From assembly GCF_026571515.1 (NCBI RefSeq), contig NW_026852350.1, positions 124,001-188,000 of the forward strand: a stretch of 64,000 nt of DNA, read 5' to 3'. Positions 57,713-64,000 of the stretch are shown piece after piece. Origin of the DNA: Ruditapes philippinarum (lineage: Eukaryota). A program made the translations under genes and the position numbers. The notes below the pieces were generated by a model. The model searched no databases and was not told the origin of the DNA. It was given only the letters and a program-made list of their open reading frames with translations. Each line of letters starts with the position of its first letter. The first letter of the stretch is position 1.

Positions 57713-60700
57713 ATATATATTATTTTCCCAATCATATCTTTCCTTGACCGACCGGAATTTTTGTCAATACATGAAACTAATACTATAAATCGCAATATCA
57801 ACGTGAATTTTTCCGAAAATTTACAAAGATGGCATAGAAAGCTTTCTTATAGAAAACGGGAACTATTGGAGATCTTCATAAGAAGTAACTAGCAACAATG
57901 TAATATGAAAATTGCAGACCGGGTCTGATTGAGTCTGTTCATGAGAGATAAAGTGTTAGGGTAGTACATCTCTAAAGCTGCCTAGCACCGGCTTAAGTGG
58001 TATTCAAACTTTAACACTAACGCAATGGAATCAATGGATGACGAAGGGTTTAGAAAAATATAAAAACACTGAAGTAAAGTACAGGACAACTTTTCACAGC
58101 TGACACACGGCTCTTGACACCTGCTGTTGTAACGTATAAAAATCTTGAAAATGGGGGAGATCCTTTACAAAACTTATATAATATATAACGTATAATTCCT
58201 ATATATATGACACATGCTATAGATTGACAGGGGAAAAAACTGAAGTAGGAATTCGTTTCCAGTGAGTCATAAACAAAATACAGTTATGCTGTACTCAAAG
58301 AAAGGTGAAAATATACAAAAACCTGAGGAGGAAGCTAGATTTAATTGGTGAAATTTGTCATTGTCAAGCGCAATGATATATGCACTAGGTGACGAATGTT
58401 TTTACAATATAAACAATCTGCATAAAATCGAGAGTAAAACAGTTTAACAAACATACATTTATGTAAAGCAAACATCTGCCTTTAGAAATAAAAGACATTA
58501 GTAAATGTTTACAATACAAAACATACATTTATGCGTATTAGGGAATGGAAACAAATGATTGAATCAAAATATTGATAACATATTGATATATTTTCATCGT
58601 AAAATATTCATAACAAACACAAATAAATACTTTGTAAACCAGTAAAACAAAAATGTTTTTAACCTATATATTGCCCAAAATGCCTAATCTCCGATCACGA
58701 AATAGAATATGGAATATCTAGCAGACCACCATGAATAGCATAAATATAGTATATTCATTATTCATTTGTATAATTGGATCGGACGAATATTCGCTAATAT
58801 AAGCTGATATTAATCATAGGCAAGGCTCCGCATGAAACAATGCATTAAAAGAAGGACTGGATCTATATAAAGTGACGTGAGAACACGATACGTGCTGGGT
58901 TTCCTGGTAAAAATAAATCATTTCACGAGGTATATACATGTGACGAACGAACATGAATCTCCCAGCTGACTGAAATATAATCCACTGTCAACATAATTCC
59001 TAAACATTTCTGGTTCAATACAAAATGTCAATCTTTTGCAATCTCACATGGCTAATTGTTTTGATTGTTCTGTACAAAATCGGAGCTTTAAGTGATAAAA
59101 TAGAAATAAACGTATGTAAATTAGGCAGAGTATATCCAAGTTGTTGAACAATAAACAATATTTCATGTATCACAAACATAAAAAGAATCCCACATCTTTT
59201 TCTCAAGAAAAGTACAATGTATATAGAATGAAGTAAATAACAATTTGACGAGAAATCATAAAATATCCGATGAAATTTTTCAATAATCTTCCAAATTAAA
59301 AAAAAATACATTGATAAGTAAACGTTTAAAGAGGCACCACTTCAAGATTTTGAAAAAATGCATCAACATTTCATAGATACACAAGAACCAGCAAAGAAAG
59401 AGATAGGTCAAACACTCGGAGGATTGATCCAACATTACAAAACGATCACTCTCAGGATAAGCAATAAAGAATTCATACAGCCATTGATCACAAAGTATGC
59501 AAAGTCAATCGATGAAATGGTTTTGCTGTGATCAAAGGTCGACGAAGCCGTATAATATACTTATCTCACAAAAGATCAAACAGCTATAGAAAAGATAGTA
59601 TCTTTCTTTTAAAGCAGCATGTAGAAAAATCAATCACTATTTAGACTTTCTTTACATGTACGTATAAATTAAGAAATTGATATTTACATGGCAAAAGCAT
59701 GTTCATCCGTTTGTCAGCTGTGATGTCTGCTGTCATTTGATGTTTATTGAGACTTTATTTCTAAATATGACGTCATATAAGATGATTATAGCGTTCTTTG
59801 AAATTAATTAGGTGAAGTTAAGCATGGCATGATTTTTTTTAAATTCACCACATTGAATATGTTGTGAATATTTTTATAGTATTTTTTCTAATTGTTCTCG
59901 CTACCTCATGAAATAACTTTTATTTATCAAATTATTTAATGTCTGGAATTCACATGTTAAGTTTGTTGCCGAAAAGAAAGGTGCCTACTCGTTCATTTAA
60001 TAAGTCCATACCCTATTGTATGAAAGTACTTGATATGATAAAAGTTAATCTTTGAATATATTTCTCGTATTGTGAAGAAATAATTATCAGAGTAAGACTA
60101 CGTATACAGGATAAAACATAATTAACAAAGATATTTTCAGCAAAATATTTTAATGCAGGCAAACATGTTTTTTGTTTTTTTCCACAGTTTCTATAGAATG
60201 TTTTAATTGATGTTTCCATTTCATTTGAAGTTAGTTATTAAGAAAATTATCTATATATAAACACAACTAATCCCCATATTGCATAAAACACACATATTCA
60301 TTGATAGTTTCGCGTATACGTTTCATTTTGTAAATCAAATAGTAACAATCAGTGTTATATTTAAACATATCAGCTTTGACGTTTTCAAAAGTTTTACTTA
60401 TACAATGAAAAACTCTTTTGAACAAACGTTGGATCAAAGACGGCATGCAGCAGAATGTTTTTATGCAAGGAGAATGTCAACATTGACGTACATACAAAAC
60501 CTATTAAGTAACTTTAATTAGCATCACAGCTGGCTTTTATGGTTTCAACCGGGACAACTACAGAATTACATCTGAGATCCGTGGTGAAAAAGACAATTCA
60601 CAGGTTTGCAAGGCTTAAATCCAAAACATCTTTTTTAAATTTCTGAAATTGTTCTTTTTATAATTTATTATTATTATTATTATTTGAACAAAATTGCGGT

Positions 60701-63636
60701 TTCTATTGAAAGTTGATTGAAAGACTAAATTTTTTAAACTCATTTTACTCTGAGTTGGTATGTGTTGATATATACCATTCAATAACAAGTGCATTGGGAG
60801 AGGTTATGTAATAGCAAGTTGTTGTAAAATTTGTTGTAACTTTTTCATTTGTAACAAATTACAGTTTGCGTTAAATAAGACCCGATATTTTTATATATAG
60901 ACAGTTTGGCTTCAGCGTTTTAATGGTTTATCATCGTACAGAAAATACTTTAAATTAAATTGAGTTTTATTTCTGTGATTAAACATAATACTTGAAGCTA
61001 CATATAAACGAAAGGACCTGAAGTCGGCCACTTGTATATGGCTAGATAATATTTAATCATTAAGTAGGTATTATATATGTGTTCATTCTTGGAATATTGA
61101 TGATATAAATCATATTTACAAATGGATATATCAGTTCCATGTATTTAACATATTGGGTTTCCAATCTCATTGGCAAAATATTTGTCAGATATCGAATAAA
61201 ATAAATTTACAACTAAAAGATGTGTGTGTGTGAGAACTTGTCACCACGTTCTTCGGTAAGCACAACAAGCATCACAAGTACCTCGCTAGAATCTGAAAAT
61301 AGCGGAAAATGTCGACCCTTTGTCAAACATAGATCTTTGAAAAAAGCATCTACTCCTTATTAGGCGTTGCAGCCTTGAACAGATACACCTTAATGCTGCA
61401 ATAGGATTCTCTAAGACAAGTGGGTATCATTTAGATGAATCTGATTATATCTTCCTCTTGAAACAAAGCAAACCTAACGTTAATAAAATGTAATGTTTAA
61501 AACAAAATCCCTAATTTGTCTTTATTAATGCCAGAGGACAATTAGATGACAGCAAGTCTTGAATAACAGTGGGTAGATGGGTTTTTTTAACCCGAATTTA
61601 CAAATTATTGTTGAGTCATACGTAAACATTATGTTTCAATCAATAGCACAATATATTTAGAAAACTTTAACGTATGAATATATACCTTTTTGATATTTAA
61701 ATAATATTTTTACAAATTTAATATTCAAATATAACATCATGTTAAGTGATAATGTCTTTCCGATTTATCACTATAGAAAATTCAATTGGAACATATTAAT
61801 AGCCTCTGACTGACATATATATGTTTCAAAATGAGACCAGAGTCTCGTAATCTGGGCACAGGTGTGACTTAACACAGTGTACAACTTATTATAAAAGTAC
61901 ATTATATGACATATATATTTAGACATAAATTTTCTATAAACGAAGACAAGTCATTCTCACTGCATAACTTCGCCTGGAAGTAGGTTTTGAAAAGCAAGTT
62001 TTTCAAATGGTCCCTTCAAAAACTGTACAATTTTTTTATGGAGTTGCAATAAAGCTGTGTCAATATCTTGTTTTATGATTCAAGTTTTTTGCAACAGGTT
62101 GGAATTAAAAAATAAATATCTTACAGTAGAATATAAAAAATAGATCATCAAGGAAGGACGGCGTTCAATGAGCGCAATCCCCACACGACCTGGCAACACA
62201 GGACAACCGACAAGGAGCCCAGCTGGACACCAAACAAAAGCAGGACAATAGGTCATTAATAGACAATCTAACGACTTGCTATCTAAGGACATAGTTTCCT
62301 TTTGAATTATTGGAAGGTTGTATATGTCTAAGTAATCTGTTTAAATCAATTGAGAGAGTATATCATCTTTCTTGTTAATAGTGGATCAACATGAACAAAC
62401 TCGCAAACTTTTACTTAAAATCTAACATAAGTTTGTATGTTAATCATTTTATGTGTCACATGCCATACGACATATTTGGTAAATTTCCTTATGTTTCAAT
62501 TGATAATTTCATAAAGTCATAATTTCTGAGCAACAACCGAACAAGAAACATGGAATTCACAACATATTTTGAACTACCTCCTGTATCGCCAACGCATTTC
62601 ACTTTGTTTCAAAGATAAAACAATTCCTTACGCATGACACCGCTCTTTAATGTAATCTATATTCGTGATGCATAAAAAACGTATATATTTAAAATAAACG
62701 GAAAATAAATTTAAGTTACTAAACGCAACAGCTATAAATAGTTGTATAACATACAGAGACATTATATTAAAGCAAAAAGTCCTCTCCCTTAGAAATGTCT
62801 ACAAAGGGCCGTCTGAAACTTACGGTGACTTTAGGGTTACTAAAGAACTTAAAGATATCTGCGGTTCTGATTCTTTAACCTACCAATTTATGTACAAACA
62901 AACTATGTTCTTTTGGTATACAAATGCATTTTGATCTTTTTCTTTTAAAGTCGTATCTTTTTTTAACCCATTATTCTTTCATTTATACATCATAGCGTAT
63001 ATTGCAAAGTTTTATTTGATGTAGTCTAATTAATATTAATCATGTAATCTACTCAACCGTTCCTCATTTATGTTTATTTTCCTGTCGCCCGGTAATGACC
63101 GTACTTTTCAAGATACATTAAGTGTTGGTCATTAAATCCAGTTTATTTCAATCGGTCACGACGCCTGTTTGAAATAAATGTGTAACAGTATACCGTCCTC
63201 AATTTAAGAAGACGTGATATCAGGTTAGTATCAAACCACTTTTAAATACACTTTGAATAACGGAACAAACGTTAAACTATATGGGAAAGAAATGTTGAAA
63301 CGGTCATTTTCCACATAATTATAAAATATACGCTTGAATACGAATAGTATTTATGTTGTTAGAAGAATTGAATCAAATGTTTTGAGTGCTGCCGTAAATT
63401 GTCAGATTGTCCGATTATTCGATTATTGATAATATAAGTATTTTTTTCTATTTATAATGAAACTGATTGAGACAATTTGAAGTAAGGAACTTATATTGAG
63501 CTTTATTTTTCGAAAGTGAACAACAAAACTAATATTACAAAGTAACAAGAATCAAATTTCTAAATCGATGAAACATTTTTTTTCCTAATACCAAGTTACG
63601 ATATCGAATTTATAAATAAACTGTCAAGTGTTTGAA

Positions 63637-63806
63637 TTAACCCCTTCACCTGCTGAATGTGTGTTGAGTTTGGAACCGTTTATTCAAAAGGATTTCAGTA
63701 AGAAAATAGAAACAATATAGAGCGTGGTTATATTGCACGGAAAGGCAGACTGACCTGGTCCTATACGTCTGACTAATTACATTTGGCTTCTGCAAGTTAA
63801 GGGTAA
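63637..63806. mobile_element. Degenerate piggyBac-like non-autonomous element
   Basis: TTAACCCCTTCACCTGCTGAA ... TTCTGCAAGTTAAGGGTAA imperfect inverted ends. Confidence 0.45.
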
Positions 63807-64000
63807 TTTTACAAATGTGTATAGAAATCTTAATATTTTCTTAAATTCAGACTTACTTACATCCGGCAAAATCCCTTAAAAATCAAGTTCGAATATCCGA
63901 CATTTTTATAGTTTGGATAAAAATCATAAAAGTGAATTTACCGAAATCATTTTAAATGAAAACTGTTCCATACGATTCATATATACATGAGTCTAATACC

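Overview
AT-rich metazoan genomic DNA, probably from a bivalve or other mollusc (inferred from my recollection of the repeat families). One large minus-strand gene dominates the window. I reconstructed it by hand as 31 phase-consistent GT-AG coding exons from ATG 45832 to TGA 2937 (7032 nt, 2343 aa). It encodes a TNRC18/BAHCC1 (Drosophila winged eye)-family chromatin reader. The protein has a disordered N-terminus with a GIPVGIAVARQR motif, a coiled coil, three AT-hooks, an RRSERIFL motif, tandem Tudor-like domains and a C-terminal BAH domain. Positions 1-2936 are 3' UTR/downstream, and 45917-64000 is non-coding (5' UTR intron or upstream). Introns and flanks hold several non-autonomous TIR elements, including three copies of a ~235-bp foldback MITE, plus SINE fragments and short tandem duplications. 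No autonomous element, RNA gene or CRISPR array is supported, and I cannot claim a confirmed new system. The most unusual observations are: (1) a TIR element carrying two convergent tRNA-like Pol III cassettes; (2) a degenerate tandem array of a splice donor downstream of exon 25; (3) a Pumilio/miR-71 site cluster beside a proximal polyA signal; (4) an in-frame uORF ending 6 nt before the start codon.
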